A DNA stretch of 63,329 nucleotides, the filler included, from Nitrospinae bacterium RIFCSPLOWO2_12_FULL_45_22 (GTDB lineage: Bacteria; 2-12-FULL-45-22), in NCBI GenBank assembly GCA_001803565.1. It is 5 parts of 5 records of this genome, joined end to end, with 100 filler letters (N's around TTAATTAATTAA, not from the genome) between each part and the next. Parts side by side here need not be neighbours in the genome. Positions count along the whole stretch, not along the records: positions 46,461 to 63,329 come from MHDQ01000310.1; 4 more parts are not named here. One strand, written 5' to 3'. Shown here one piece after another: positions 50,330-61,600 of the stretch. Made by a program: the position numbers and the translations under genes. The stretch's first letter is position 1; each line of letters opens with the position of its first letter. The notes under the pieces were generated by a model. It saw only the letters and a program-made list of their open reading frames with translations. It was not told the DNA's origin and made no database searches.

Positions 50330-50500
50330 TAATTACGGTGACGTATTTGAGAGAAAGTGCTTATGATAAGGAAACCAGGAATACAGGAGAGGTTAAAAAT
50401 AGGGGATGTTAACCCCGCTTAGGCGGGGTTAATTTCCTGGCCTCTTGGTTTCCTAATAAAAAAGAAGGCAAAAAATAGGCATAATACGTAACTGTATTTA
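50330..50500. mobile_element. MITE-like element in the cytochrome leader
   Basis: Imperfect TIRs TAATTACGGTGACGTATT / AATACGTAACTGTATTTA; central TTAACCCCGC-TTAG-GCGGGGTTAA hairpin; the left 19 bp match 2509-2527 in reverse complement. Confidence 0.6.
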
Positions 50501-50550
50501 TGAAATGAAGCACTAAGCCAACATCCAAATATATTAATGGGGTGGCGCAA

Positions 50551-52641
50551 ATGATGCCTGATAAGATTAAATACATTTTTATAGCGGTTATCTTTGTCCT
50601 GATCTTCTTCCTTATATTCACTGTTGATACCGGAGCATATGTGGGTGATGAAGAGTGTCTAATATGCCACAATCCAGGAGGTGCTGGTATCGGTGCTCCT
50701 GACAAGAGTGGCTATCTGATGACAGGCCATAAAAATGTGCTGAGAGAGGTTGTGCCTGGCGAAGCTTTGACCGGTCCTGATGGGGCTCCGTATGCAACCG
50801 ATTCTTCTGGTCATATAATCGACTGGGCTACCGGGAGGATTGATTTAGATGGTGATAGTGCAGCCGAGACGGTGCTCTATTATGTTTTTAACGGTTGGAT
50901 GGGTGGGGGCCCCTGGGCTCCGGGGGCGGTATATGCTGGCGGTGAATACGTCTGTGCAAGCTGCCATACCACGGGATATACAACCGATGAGCCCGGAGGT
51001 CCTGCCCCAGGGCCTGAACCTGACGCATCTTTTCCGGGCATACGAAGTTTGGTAACCATAGGTGGTTCATGGTATCTCGATGGCATCCAGTGCGAAAGGT
51101 GTCATGGAGATGGTGGAATCACAGTCCTCGGAGATTGTTTTCAATGCCACGATAATGGCTCCACAGATACTTCGGGCCACATATCCAAGTTCTCAATTGC
51201 CAATATCACAGCTCTCTGTGTGGAATGCCATACGAGCGGCAATACACCGCCTGCCGTCGGTGTTGGCTCCTACGGTGTATATGCTGCTTCCTTTGCCACT
51301 TACGGCATTGCACAGGAATTCCTGAATAGCCCCCATGGACAAAGCTCTGAGTTTGATGCTGATGGTTGTAGCACATGTCATAATGTCCATGAGAGCACGG
51401 TTGATGCGGTAGGTCATACCGGGGCAATAAAGAAGGTCTGTACTGATTGTCATTCAGGCAAGACCTTGGGATTTCATGAGGGTATTACCAAGGGACCCAA
51501 AAAATGTGAGGTCTGTCATATGCCTGCTGCAACAAGTGGTCGCATGACCCATCTCTGGAGAATAAACCCTGATCCTAACTATAGCTCTTTCCCTACAGAA
51601 GAGGAATACAATGCTGGGCAGGAAACTGCTTACACGGCTCCACATGGAGGCCTCGTTGAGGCTGTCTGGTTAGACGTAGAGATAGTCTGTCTCCAGTGTC
51701 ATGGAGAATCGGGTGTGGCTTTAACTAAATTAACCAAGTTTGAGGTAGGGACTGTGGCAAAGGATTATCATTCAGGTGGGTGGGGTGGGATGCCAATAGC
51801 AAGGTTTAACTGGTATTATGGCACAGACTGCTACACGGTAAATTTTGATGCCACAATGAATGATTCCACCACCTTCAATTGGGATTTTGGCGATGGTCAT
51901 ACGGGTGCAGGTGCAGTAATAAGCCATACCTATGATGCTCCAGGCAGTTATGCGGTTACCCTGACCAGTGATTATGGTGCAAGAAGAACGATGATTGTTA
52001 CGGCAAAGGGCAGAAATATTCCTCCCACTACAGGTATGAACATTTTGGTCGATCCATCATACCTAACGGGTATGACCATTGAGGTATACGACCAATCTAC
52101 TTCTAATGCCTGTGGAGCAATGGGTTCAAGTGATCCGGGTATAGCTTATGTGCTCTGGGGTGATGGGCTAATGGATCTGGTTTCAATCACTACCGGGCAG
52201 TCTGATCCTGTCGCTACCCACACCTACCCCACCGCCGGAACATATACCATAAGATACTTCTTCAAAGATTCCGCGGGTAATCGGTCAATGGCACCGCGGC
52301 AGACGTGGACATTGCCTGATATTCCAACCGCGGTGTATGATGTCACTGGTAGTATTATGTGGGATCATGATGATGATCCTGGTACACCCAATGTTGGATT
52401 AGCCAATGTTACCATTTACCTGAAGAGGAACTCCAGTACGATTAAGATGGGAAAGACCGACCTTTTGGGGTACTACGAGATAAAGGATGTCACAGTAAAA
52501 GTGAATAGTAGCGGAAATGAGGTTAGCTATACCGTAGAGCCAGGGAAAAATGCATACTCCTTCGAGGTTGCACCCGGTGATTCAGATCGGGTGAATAAAG
52601 CAGACCCGGTGGCTAACTTTATCGCCACTGCTCAGTGGTAA
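50551..52641 (+). CDS. Secreted multiheme cytochrome c (9 CxxCH) with PKD and carboxypeptidase-regulatory-like C-terminal domains
   Basis: Signal or anchor helix; CLICH, CASCH, CERCH, CFQCH, CVECH, CSTCH, CTDCH, CEVCH, CLQCH; WDFGDG..HTY PKD motif. Confidence 0.88.
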   Translation: MMPDKIKYIFIAVIFVLIFFLIFTVDTGAYVGDEECLICHNPGGAGIGAPDKSGYLMTGHKNVLREVVPGEALTGPDGAPYATDSSGHIIDWATGRIDLDGDSAAETVLYYVFNGWMGGGPWAPGAVYAGGEYVCASCHTTGYTTDEPGGPAPGPEPDASFPGIRSLVTIGGSWYLDGIQCERCHGDGGITVLGDCFQCHDNGSTDTSGHISKFSIANITALCVECHTSGNTPPAVGVGSYGVYAASFATYGIAQEFLNSPHGQSSEFDADGCSTCHNVHESTVDAVGHTGAIKKVCTDCHSGKTLGFHEGITKGPKKCEVCHMPAATSGRMTHLWRINPDPNYSSFPTEEEYNAGQETAYTAPHGGLVEAVWLDVEIVCLQCHGESGVALTKLTKFEVGTVAKDYHSGGWGGMPIARFNWYYGTDCYTVNFDATMNDSTTFNWDFGDGHTGAGAVISHTYDAPGSYAVTLTSDYGARRTMIVTAKGRNIPPTTGMNILVDPSYLTGMTIEVYDQSTSNACGAMGSSDPGIAYVLWGDGLMDLVSITTGQSDPVATHTYPTAGTYTIRYFFKDSAGNRSMAPRQTWTLPDIPTAVYDVTGSIMWDHDDDPGTPNVGLANVTIYLKRNSSTIKMGKTDLLGYYEIKDVTVKVNSSGNEVSYTVEPGKNAYSFEVAPGDSDRVNKADPVANFIATAQW

Positions 52642-52675
52642 AAACCAATATTATTCATTATTTCGGCAAAAAAAC

Positions 52676-52880
52676 GGCATCTTTCATTTTCCAGTTAACA
52701 CTTTTAACCCACAATAGTGTAAGCAAGAGGTGATGGGGAGATAGGGAAGATAATGGAGATATTGGAAAAACAATGATATCTCCCTAATCTCCAAGCTCTC
52801 CGAATCTCCTTTTCTTACACATATCAACTATTATACTTTTATGAAGTGTTAACTACTTTTGGCTAAATATGAAGGATGCC
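52676..52880. mobile_element. Nested palindromic MITE-like element
   Basis: Inner perfect inverted repeat AGTTAACACTT (52693) / AAGTGTTAACT (52844); outer GGCATCTTTCAT / ATGAAGGATGCC; GGAGAT/ATCTCC internal units. Confidence 0.55.
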
Positions 52881-52950
52881 AAAAAAACTTAGTGAAACTT
52901 GGCGTTCTTGGTGGGTGGATAGCTATTGGTATTTTAGGGTTTGATGGCAA

Positions 52951-55900
52951 ATGACTAAGAGAAAGATCATTATAAAAGCTTTAATTCCCCTATTGGTATT
53001 AAGCCTGATAGCTATTCTTGCCTATGCCCTGGATTATCCTCATAACGCTATAAATACCATTGGATGCAATAATTGCCACGATGTGCATGGAGAAGGTGCC
53101 TTGGAAGATCTTTTCCCATCATGGATGCCATATAATCCGCAGAATATTGATGATACGCTATCCAATACCCTCTGCTGGAGTTGTCATAATGACCTCGAGG
53201 CCCCTTATGTAAGGACCCATTCCAGTCTTACCACAAGCGATAAATATGGAGCCTGGTCCCTCGAATGCCGAACCTGCCATAACCCTCACCTTCAGGAGCA
53301 GTTCAGGATATATGGCAGTGAAAGTTATCTTTATGAGGGTACAGTATCGTCAGTTGATGGCACAACCCTAATAGATGATAGTGCAGGCTGGACTACCGAT
53401 CAGTTTAAAGGATTAGTCGTTATCCCAAATATTAATGAGAGTGATTACAACTATAAGATTGAAATGAATACTGAAAATACCCTGACAATAGAAGGGCCAA
53501 TGAATTTAGACAAGGTAGCCCTGGGAGATACCTTTGCCATTGTATACGGGAAGAGCATAAAGAGCACAATAAAACTCGATGAGATAACAATATCACCACC
53601 CAAGAGCGGAGATAAGAGCGTAAAATTTTTCAGGGATACTGATCCCGATTCTTTTGCTGATGGGGTTATGCCATACGATGGGGTCTGCGAGGTATGTCAC
53701 ACACAGACCGCATATCACAGAAACAATGACTCGGGAGATCATGATCATAACGTTGGAGTAAAATGCACAAATTGTCATCTCCATCTCGATGGTTTTAAAG
53801 GAGGCATGGGCGGTGGAGCACATACAACCCATGTAATAGAAGATTATGGACCCCAAATATCCTGTACTGACTGTCACGGTACAAATAACCCGCCCATGCT
53901 TGCCGATGGGCAGGATCTTGCCAATACAAGCGTATGCACTAACTGTCATTCAGGAGATGGGGTAGGTAATGCGAAAGGATACTTTGGGGATAACCCAGGC
54001 ACTTGGGTAGCGACAGAAGGCGAGGCAGGCTACTGTGGCAGTTGTCACGACACATCACCGGGAAAGACAGGAGCCGGTGCTCCTGCACCCAATATAATAG
54101 GTGATAACTCAACCTATGGGGTTTTTGTCACAGGACATGGAAAGCCCTCCGGTAATTATGCAAGGCTTTCCTGGCAGGATACCTCAGCAACGGGTAATCC
54201 GGCAGCGAACAAACAGTGCGGCTCCTGCCATGACCTTACTTCACAACATTTTAATACCGCTACAAAGAGGTTAAAACCCGGCTATGAGAATGATAATAAT
54301 AACAGCAATTGTAATCAGTGTCATAAACCGGGAGGAAGTGCCGTGGCTGCCCCTCAATGGTACACGACATATGCTGATTATCAGAATTCGGCACACAGTA
54401 GCAATAAGTGTTCAGAGTGTCATAATGTGCACGGCGCCTCAGGGAATTATGCCGGGATGACGAAAAACAACAAAGAAAATCTCTGCAATACTTGTCACGC
54501 GGGACATGCAGGGCATGCCCTCGGTGTTTCGTTTGGTAAAGACAGCAAAACATATTCATTGGAATGCATATCCTGCCATAATGTGCATATCGTAAGCGGC
54601 CTGACATCAGCGGCGAATCCCAATGTTGCGGCAATGACCAAGCTCACAAATAATTTAGAAGTCTGGGGTGATGAAGCCAGCGAGAAGATAAATAATTATG
54701 CCGGAGGCGGCACATACAGGACACCAAATGGTGATATACTGTCAGGCTCACAACTCCCTGACTATCCGTCTTTCTGCCTTGACTGCCACGGCGTCTCCCA
54801 GGCTGAATTTGGAGAGCATGGGGGTATAAGCTGGGGTGGTGACGATCCGCATGGATTAAATTCGGCAAACGAACCTAATGGAGGCGGCACATGTCCTGAC
54901 AGGTGGAGTTGCGGAATGGCGGACGGCTGGGACGGCGACGATTGTGCCGGAACAGAGGATGAATGCTGGCCCGTAATGACAAAAGGAAAAGGAGACCAAC
55001 TCTGGTCAAGAGAAGCATATAATCACGAAGAAAGAATTGCAGGTGCAAACTTTGTTCTCTCATGTAGTGACTGCCATGTGACACATGAAGCGGGCATTGG
55101 CTCAAAGCTCAGGTCGTCAGTCAATAACGGTCCAGGAAGTACCATTTGGAACACAATGTGCAACAACTGCCATTACTATTACAGCGATTGGCATGATGGA
55201 ATGTCATGTGGTAGTGTAAGCTGTCACGGCGCCCCGCCCAATAACCCAAGATTTCCTGGTGGTGGTGGCTCTAATACTATACATGGAATGGGCAGGCGTG
55301 TAGGATCGTCAGGTACCAGAACGTTTAATCCCGACCTTGTGTTAGACATGAGGTTTGAAGGAAATCTCAATGATTCCGGCACATGGAGACTTCACGGCAA
55401 ATGGATGGACAATATAGCAGGTTCCTACACATCTGGAAAATCAGGTCAGGCAGTAGTGCTTAACGGTGGGAAGAACGTCCAGGTCGGGACAAGAAATTCT
55501 TACTGGTCTACTGACGACGGGAAGCACGGCACATGGAAGTATACAGAGATGAAATACAACACAACACTTGAGGCATGGGTATATCCCACAGACAATGCTG
55601 GAAGTGAATATAGCATCTTTACCAAACATGTAGGATACAATGACGGAGGATATGCGTTTACTCTCCAGAAGATAAATAACACACTTAGGGCGGCATTTAA
55701 TATGCGGGCAGACAATAATGGATTTACACAGGGAGGTGCAAGTGGTGTCCGGGGTGCATATAGTTCCATAGCTATTCCATTAAATACCTGGACGCATGTA
55801 GCAGTCACATTCGACAAAAACGGTCCAGACAGGGACAATAATAATCCGGCTGTCGGAAGAATCAGGATATATGTAAATGGAGAGGATGTCACAACAAGCG

Positions 55901-57243
55901 ATACATCGGGAAATAATATGCAGCCCGGCGCAGGCGAGACCTCGATATTCGCTTATTCTGAAAATAGTCCTTGGAATCAGGGCATATGCCATAACGGTAC
56001 CTGGTGTGCATCTGAATTTTCGATCGGTGGGTTTTATGCGTGGCAGAATGAATTCATAGGAAGAATAGATGAAGCAAAAGTCTGGAATGTGACTAAAGAC
56101 GCTACCTACTTCGCGACATATGATTCACAGACAAAGCCCTATATAGGTGCGGCCAAAGGCTTAATAGGCAATAATCAGCTCACTGTGTACTTCTCCGAGG
56201 GTGTGTACGGAGGCGGAGGGTCTGCACTGGATGCATCTGATTTTTCCCTGACGGATACAAATGGCGATAACCCAAGGACTATTACCGGGGTAATTCACAC
56301 AGCCGGGGCATCAACCGCAGTTATTACCATGAGTGCACCATTAATAGCGGATGATGTGAACGCAGATACCATAGCGGCTGTCAGCAGTTCCATTTTTGAT
56401 GATTATAACAACGCGGCCGGGACAGAGGCGATGACAATAGAACTGTCGTCACAATGTCCAACATCGCCTGTGAGCATACAACTTAATGAACCATCAGGCA
56501 GCACATATATAATGGATACGCAGAACGTTCTCTACGGAGCGGTAAACGGCGGTGCAGCTACATTAACAGGCAGCGCATATTCTGGCGACGGAAGCACCAA
56601 ATACATAACATTTACCGGTAATAATTCGTGCCTCCAGGCAACAACGGCACTTACCATTGAAACGAGGATCAAACCGACAGGCATAACCGCTGATACCACC
56701 AATTACATTACACGCATATTTGCGCGAAACTACAACAACAACTACAATTACCAGATGTCGGTCTGGAGGAACAACAGCGCCTATCCGGGTTTATACACTG
56801 CACCTGCCGGCCAGACCTCCATTGCTCTCTGGCTGCTCACAAACGGTACCACAACGTGGAAACCTGTGCTGACGAATTACACAGGCGCCAAAACTGGCTC
56901 CGAGAACGATTGTCCCATAGTATCCGACCACTGGTATCAAATAAAGGCCGTATGGAATACCAACAAGCCAGGAGGGATAATCGGCCAGTACTTCCAACCT
57001 GCTGACATCTATATAGAGGACCAAGGTACCGATGGGAACGGACTGGGCAAGAACTGGACGGGACTGATAAACTGTACGGATACCGACCAGTCTCTTAAGA
57101 CTGATTCGGTCAAGTTCTTTACCAACGATCAGATAACCTCGGGCAGCGGCAGTTTTGCCATAGGCGCAAACAAGGACACTCAAACCAATCTTCGATTCAA
57201 CGGCCTGATAGACTGGATAACGTGGAAAGATACTGTTGATTAG
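52951..57243 (+). CDS. Giant secreted multiheme cytochrome c (16 CxxCH + 1 CxxxxCH) with LamG-like and Ig-like domains
   Basis: Signal peptide ending AYA; heme motifs counted in the translation; LamG-like TLEAWVYP..WTHVAVTFD..IYVNG..GRIDE. Confidence 0.88.
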   Translation: MTKRKIIIKALIPLLVLSLIAILAYALDYPHNAINTIGCNNCHDVHGEGALEDLFPSWMPYNPQNIDDTLSNTLCWSCHNDLEAPYVRTHSSLTTSDKYGAWSLECRTCHNPHLQEQFRIYGSESYLYEGTVSSVDGTTLIDDSAGWTTDQFKGLVVIPNINESDYNYKIEMNTENTLTIEGPMNLDKVALGDTFAIVYGKSIKSTIKLDEITISPPKSGDKSVKFFRDTDPDSFADGVMPYDGVCEVCHTQTAYHRNNDSGDHDHNVGVKCTNCHLHLDGFKGGMGGGAHTTHVIEDYGPQISCTDCHGTNNPPMLADGQDLANTSVCTNCHSGDGVGNAKGYFGDNPGTWVATEGEAGYCGSCHDTSPGKTGAGAPAPNIIGDNSTYGVFVTGHGKPSGNYARLSWQDTSATGNPAANKQCGSCHDLTSQHFNTATKRLKPGYENDNNNSNCNQCHKPGGSAVAAPQWYTTYADYQNSAHSSNKCSECHNVHGASGNYAGMTKNNKENLCNTCHAGHAGHALGVSFGKDSKTYSLECISCHNVHIVSGLTSAANPNVAAMTKLTNNLEVWGDEASEKINNYAGGGTYRTPNGDILSGSQLPDYPSFCLDCHGVSQAEFGEHGGISWGGDDPHGLNSANEPNGGGTCPDRWSCGMADGWDGDDCAGTEDECWPVMTKGKGDQLWSREAYNHEERIAGANFVLSCSDCHVTHEAGIGSKLRSSVNNGPGSTIWNTMCNNCHYYYSDWHDGMSCGSVSCHGAPPNNPRFPGGGGSNTIHGMGRRVGSSGTRTFNPDLVLDMRFEGNLNDSGTWRLHGKWMDNIAGSYTSGKSGQAVVLNGGKNVQVGTRNSYWSTDDGKHGTWKYTEMKYNTTLEAWVYPTDNAGSEYSIFTKHVGYNDGGYAFTLQKINNTLRAAFNMRADNNGFTQGGASGVRGAYSSIAIPLNTWTHVAVTFDKNGPDRDNNNPAVGRIRIYVNGEDVTTSDTSGNNMQPGAGETSIFAYSENSPWNQGICHNGTWCASEFSIGGFYAWQNEFIGRIDEAKVWNVTKDATYFATYDSQTKPYIGAAKGLIGNNQLTVYFSEGVYGGGGSALDASDFSLTDTNGDNPRTITGVIHTAGASTAVITMSAPLIADDVNADTIAAVSSSIFDDYNNAAGTEAMTIELSSQCPTSPVSIQLNEPSGSTYIMDTQNVLYGAVNGGAATLTGSAYSGDGSTKYITFTGNNSCLQATTALTIETRIKPTGITADTTNYITRIFARNYNNNYNYQMSVWRNNSAYPGLYTAPAGQTSIALWLLTNGTTTWKPVLTNYTGAKTGSENDCPIVSDHWYQIKAVWNTNKPGGIIGQYFQPADIYIEDQGTDGNGLGKNWTGLINCTDTDQSLKTDSVKFFTNDQITSGSGSFAIGANKDTQTNLRFNGLIDWITWKDTVD

Positions 57244-57330
57244 TCAGGAATGGTTATGGGAGGTTTTGCCGATATTCATCTTGCTTTGTCCCCTTGAGGG
57301 GTATGAATGTTTGATGTGAGGTGATGGAAG

Positions 57331-58638
57331 ATGAAATGGAAAATAACACACAGCAAACAATACCTGATCATGCTCTTTGCTGTTTCTTTATTCTTTTTAT
57401 TCTGTTTTGTCTGCACCATTCAAGCAGCAACCATGCCTGGGTATGAAAGATTCCAGCCCATAACTACAAAGATAAATGCACCGACGGCAGTAGCCCTTGA
57501 TGCTTCTGAAAACATCTATGTCGTAGAGTCAAGCAATAATAAGCTCCTCACTTATAGTCAAGACGGTCAATACTTGAGGACCCTTAGAGGGCTTGATAAA
57601 CCAATCAGTATTGCTGTAAGTAATGATGGAAGGATATTTGTCGGCAACGACGGCAGAGGGGATGTAGAGGTTTATGACGCTGACCTGACCTTTCTCTATA
57701 AACTTGGCTCAGGAGATAAAGAATTTAGCCGACCGGGTGCAATTGCGGTTGATAGTGCCGGTAATGTTTATGTAGCAGACAGTAAAGGAGATAAGATAAA
57801 GGTCTATAATCCTGATAGTTCTTATAAATTTTCACTTGGGAGTTCTGGGAGTAAAGATGGCCAATTTCATTTTCCCACATCCATAGCAATAGATGAGCTG
57901 TCAGGGGAGATAATAATCTCAGACCTTCAGCTAGTAGAGACTGAGTTTGGTTCAACTCAGGGTGCCCGGATACAGGTCTTTGACCTGAATGGTGGGTTTA
58001 AAAGGGGCTTTGGTAATTTCGGGTTTGGAAAAGGAAAGTTAGCCAAACCCCTGGGTGTGGATGTAGATAAAGAGGGCAGGATATATGTCAGTGATTCATA
58101 TCAGAATATAGTGCAGGTATTTGATAGTAATGGCATATTTCTTGGAACCATATACGACCTGGATAATCCTATGAGGACACCCCTAGGGATAGCCATCGGC
58201 CAGAAGACCAACAGGCTTTTTATTGCATCACTCAATACCTCAAGGGTGGAAGTGTATGATGTAATACATAAACCACGCCCTGACATCAAGGCCAATAATG
58301 CAGATGGGCCAATAGGCATAACCACTAATGAAGACTGTTCTATAACTGTATCCCTTAATCCTGGGGATCGAACCGGTGAGGCGGCAGACTGGTGGTTAGC
58401 AGTAGATACCTCTCTTGGCCTGTTTTGTTATAATGCATCCAAAGATTCCTGGGTATCTGGCAATTCAGTTACATATCAAGGCCCATTGTTTAACCTGGCT
58501 CCAACTGGGTTGGGGCATATCTCGGGTTTACCCCCAGGCACTTATACCTTCTATTTTGGGGTTGATATAAATATGGACGGCTCATTGGATGATAGCCAGT
58601 TGTATTATGACAGTGTTGAGGTGAATATAACTGAGTAA
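57331..58638 (+). CDS. Secreted NHL-repeat beta-propeller protein with extra C-terminal domain
   Basis: Repeated P.xIAVD..GxxYVxD units; signal peptide; C-terminal PDIKAN...ADWWL...YTFYFGVD domain. Confidence 0.88.
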   Translation: MKWKITHSKQYLIMLFAVSLFFLFCFVCTIQAATMPGYERFQPITTKINAPTAVALDASENIYVVESSNNKLLTYSQDGQYLRTLRGLDKPISIAVSNDGRIFVGNDGRGDVEVYDADLTFLYKLGSGDKEFSRPGAIAVDSAGNVYVADSKGDKIKVYNPDSSYKFSLGSSGSKDGQFHFPTSIAIDELSGEIIISDLQLVETEFGSTQGARIQVFDLNGGFKRGFGNFGFGKGKLAKPLGVDVDKEGRIYVSDSYQNIVQVFDSNGIFLGTIYDLDNPMRTPLGIAIGQKTNRLFIASLNTSRVEVYDVIHKPRPDIKANNADGPIGITTNEDCSITVSLNPGDRTGEAADWWLAVDTSLGLFCYNASKDSWVSGNSVTYQGPLFNLAPTGLGHISGLPPGTYTFYFGVDINMDGSLDDSQLYYDSVEVNITE

Positions 58639-58675
58639 ATGGAGCAGTGGGTGATTTCAGTATCCCGGGGGAATA

Positions 58676-61600
58676 ATGAGAAAGCGAAATGTCATTATAA
58701 AGGCTTTGGTTATGGTATTGGTATTAAGCCTGATAGCTATCTTTGCCTATGCCCTGGATTATCCTCATAACGCTATAAATACCATTGGATGCAATAATTG
58801 CCACGATGTGCATGGAGAAGATGCCGAAGAGAATCTTTTCCCCCCATGGATAGAATACAACCCTCAAAATATTGATGATACTCGATCTAATACCCTCTGC
58901 TGGCATTGTCACAATGGTATGGTGGCTCCCTACGTGAGGACCCATTCCAGTCTTACCACAAGCGATAAGTATGGAGACTGGTCCATCGAGTGCCGGACCT
59001 GTCATAACCCTCACCTGCAGGAGCAATTCAGGACATATGGAGAAGGTAGTTGTCTTTATTTGGGTGAATCAACAGACATTCAGATAGATCAGCCAGGGGG
59101 AGGAAAAAGTCAGCTTACTCAGACCGGTGCGGGATGGGAAAATGATGCGTATCGAGGATTAGTGGTTATTCCTAAGATTGCTGAGGAAAGTTACGGTTAT
59201 AAGATAGAAAGCAATACCGGAGATACCCTGACAGTAGAGGGGATCATAGATTTAAGCAAGGTAGCGGTGGGAGATCGCTTTGCCATTATATATGGCAAGC
59301 TCATCAAGAGCCCAATATATACTCCCAACAGTGGGGAAAGGGAGGTAAGATTCTTCAAGGGTGGGGTTCTTAATTATGCGGATGGAGATATAGTATACGA
59401 TGGCGTCTGCGAGGTATGTCACACACAGACCACATATCACAGAAACAATGACTTGGGAGATCATGGTCATAACGTTGGAGTAAAATGCACAAATTGCCAT
59501 TCACATCTTAATGGGTTTAAAGGTATTGGAGGCACCAGCGGATCCCATCCGACCCATCTAGGCGCCGCATATGGACCAAATATGACATGTTCCAGCGGTA
59601 ATCTCGGATGCCATGGCGCAAATAGCCCACCCACATTTGCCGATGGAAATAACTTTCAAAATACTACAGTGTGTAATACATGTCACAGCCCTGGTGGGTC
59701 TTATGACGGTGTAGACGATCTGATAATTGGTGCCAGAGCAAATTGGGATGAAGGGGTTTATGAGGGAAATTTACTAAAATCTGGCAAAGAGAAATGGTGC
59801 GCAAGCTGTCACGATGAGATTCCATCGGTAATAGAGGGTGTAAGCGCTCCGAATATTATAGGGGATGAGGATACTGCCACTCCTTATGGGACCGGATACG
59901 GCTTTTACAAAACCGGTCATGGACTATCCACCAGCAAACGATACCCGGCCACAGGTGGTCCAGGTGCTGGACTTGGCTGCCAGAATTGTCATGATGCCGG
60001 AATGCCGCACATCGATGGGATCGTCAGGAGCTATGAACCTGATAGTGATTATTTGACGTTCGATCCTGTTAGTGCCAACTATCAGAATGGATTTAGGTTA
60101 AAAGACGTAGCAACAGGTTATGATGGGAAATATGCCCTGCATATACCCAGAACGGGCCATGTTTATCCACCAGGTTTTAGAGCGGATTGGGAATTCGCTC
60201 TCTGTTTCCAATGTCATGCTAAGGATCAATTATTTAACGGGGGAGACCCGGAAACCGGAGAGGGTGCCGGCACGAACTTCTACGCCAAAAGTGATGGTGA
60301 CGGGGGAGGCAATCCTTTACCTACAGCAGGTTTCTATTATAGCATGCACGATGTGCATACGTGGGGCGCTAACGGTCCTTTAGGCCCAGAGACACCCCAA
60401 TATGACTCAGACTTTGATGGAACTGCCGATTCCAGGATACGCTGTCCTGCCTGTCACAATGTCCATGGCTCACCTTCTCCCGCAATGATGCGTCACGGTG
60501 AACTTATTGGCAAGGCCCCCGCTATAGACTTTCAATATACCCCTGAAGGAACCTATCCAACCCTGGCAAACAGCACCGGGGGTAAGACCCGTTTTATTGC
60601 ACCCGGGCCGGGAGATGTTTCAAAGAATGGTATATGCAACATGTGTCATAATGATCAAATGACTTATGCCAGAACTCCCATTGATACCATTGCACCAGAG
60701 ATTTCCTGGGTAGATGGACAGGTAGACAGCGATATTCTGACAGTCAGTTTTTCTGAAGGTGTATATAGTGATATGGGTGCCGTTGGTGACTTGACATCAA
60801 GCGATTTTACCCTGACAGATTCCGACAATGGCCGCGCAATTATAGGTGTAACTCATACTGCCGGTGATGCTACTGCGATCCTCATATTAGATTCTCCTCT
60901 CGATTCAACGGATGATATTGGAATTGATACGCTCTCAGGGGCTACCTCTACTTCTATCTATGATGCCCTGGGTAATCCTATGGATACGACCCCAGTCATT
61001 ATCTCCAGCGGGGACCATGCCCCGCCAACCCTTTCCAACAAAAATCCTGCAACTGGCACTATTAATATTGCAGTTGATAGTGATCTGACTTTTACCTTGT
61101 CAGATAGTGGAAGTGAGATAGACTGGACAACATTCTCTATACAGATTTCAGGGGATAAGGGCTATTCGGCGATATATACCGATGAAGATACTTCTATAGT
61201 TTCAAAAACAGGCTCACCGGTCAGTTATGATGTTACGGTGAATCCTGATGCCGATTTCGGAAGCGGAGAAGTCATAACAATCATAGTCAATGTAGATGAT
61301 CTGGTAGGCAATTCTATGATACCACCAGCCTGGTCTTTTACCATCACACCAGGAGGTGCTCCGGCAACGCTTTCCCTCCATCCATCGGGTGTTGCCTCAG
61401 ATGGGGGATTTAGTCCGATAAATGGCTCCTGGGCGACGGTTCTGGACAGCAATGACGGGGATGCCAGTTATGTTAATTATTGCTGTGGCCCGGGAGGTCA
61501 AATCTTTTATGTCCATATGGATGATCTTCCTGCGGGGCTGGAAGCTGCAACCATCGATAGTATTACCATTGATGTCTACGCCAGATACCTGGATGGTGCA

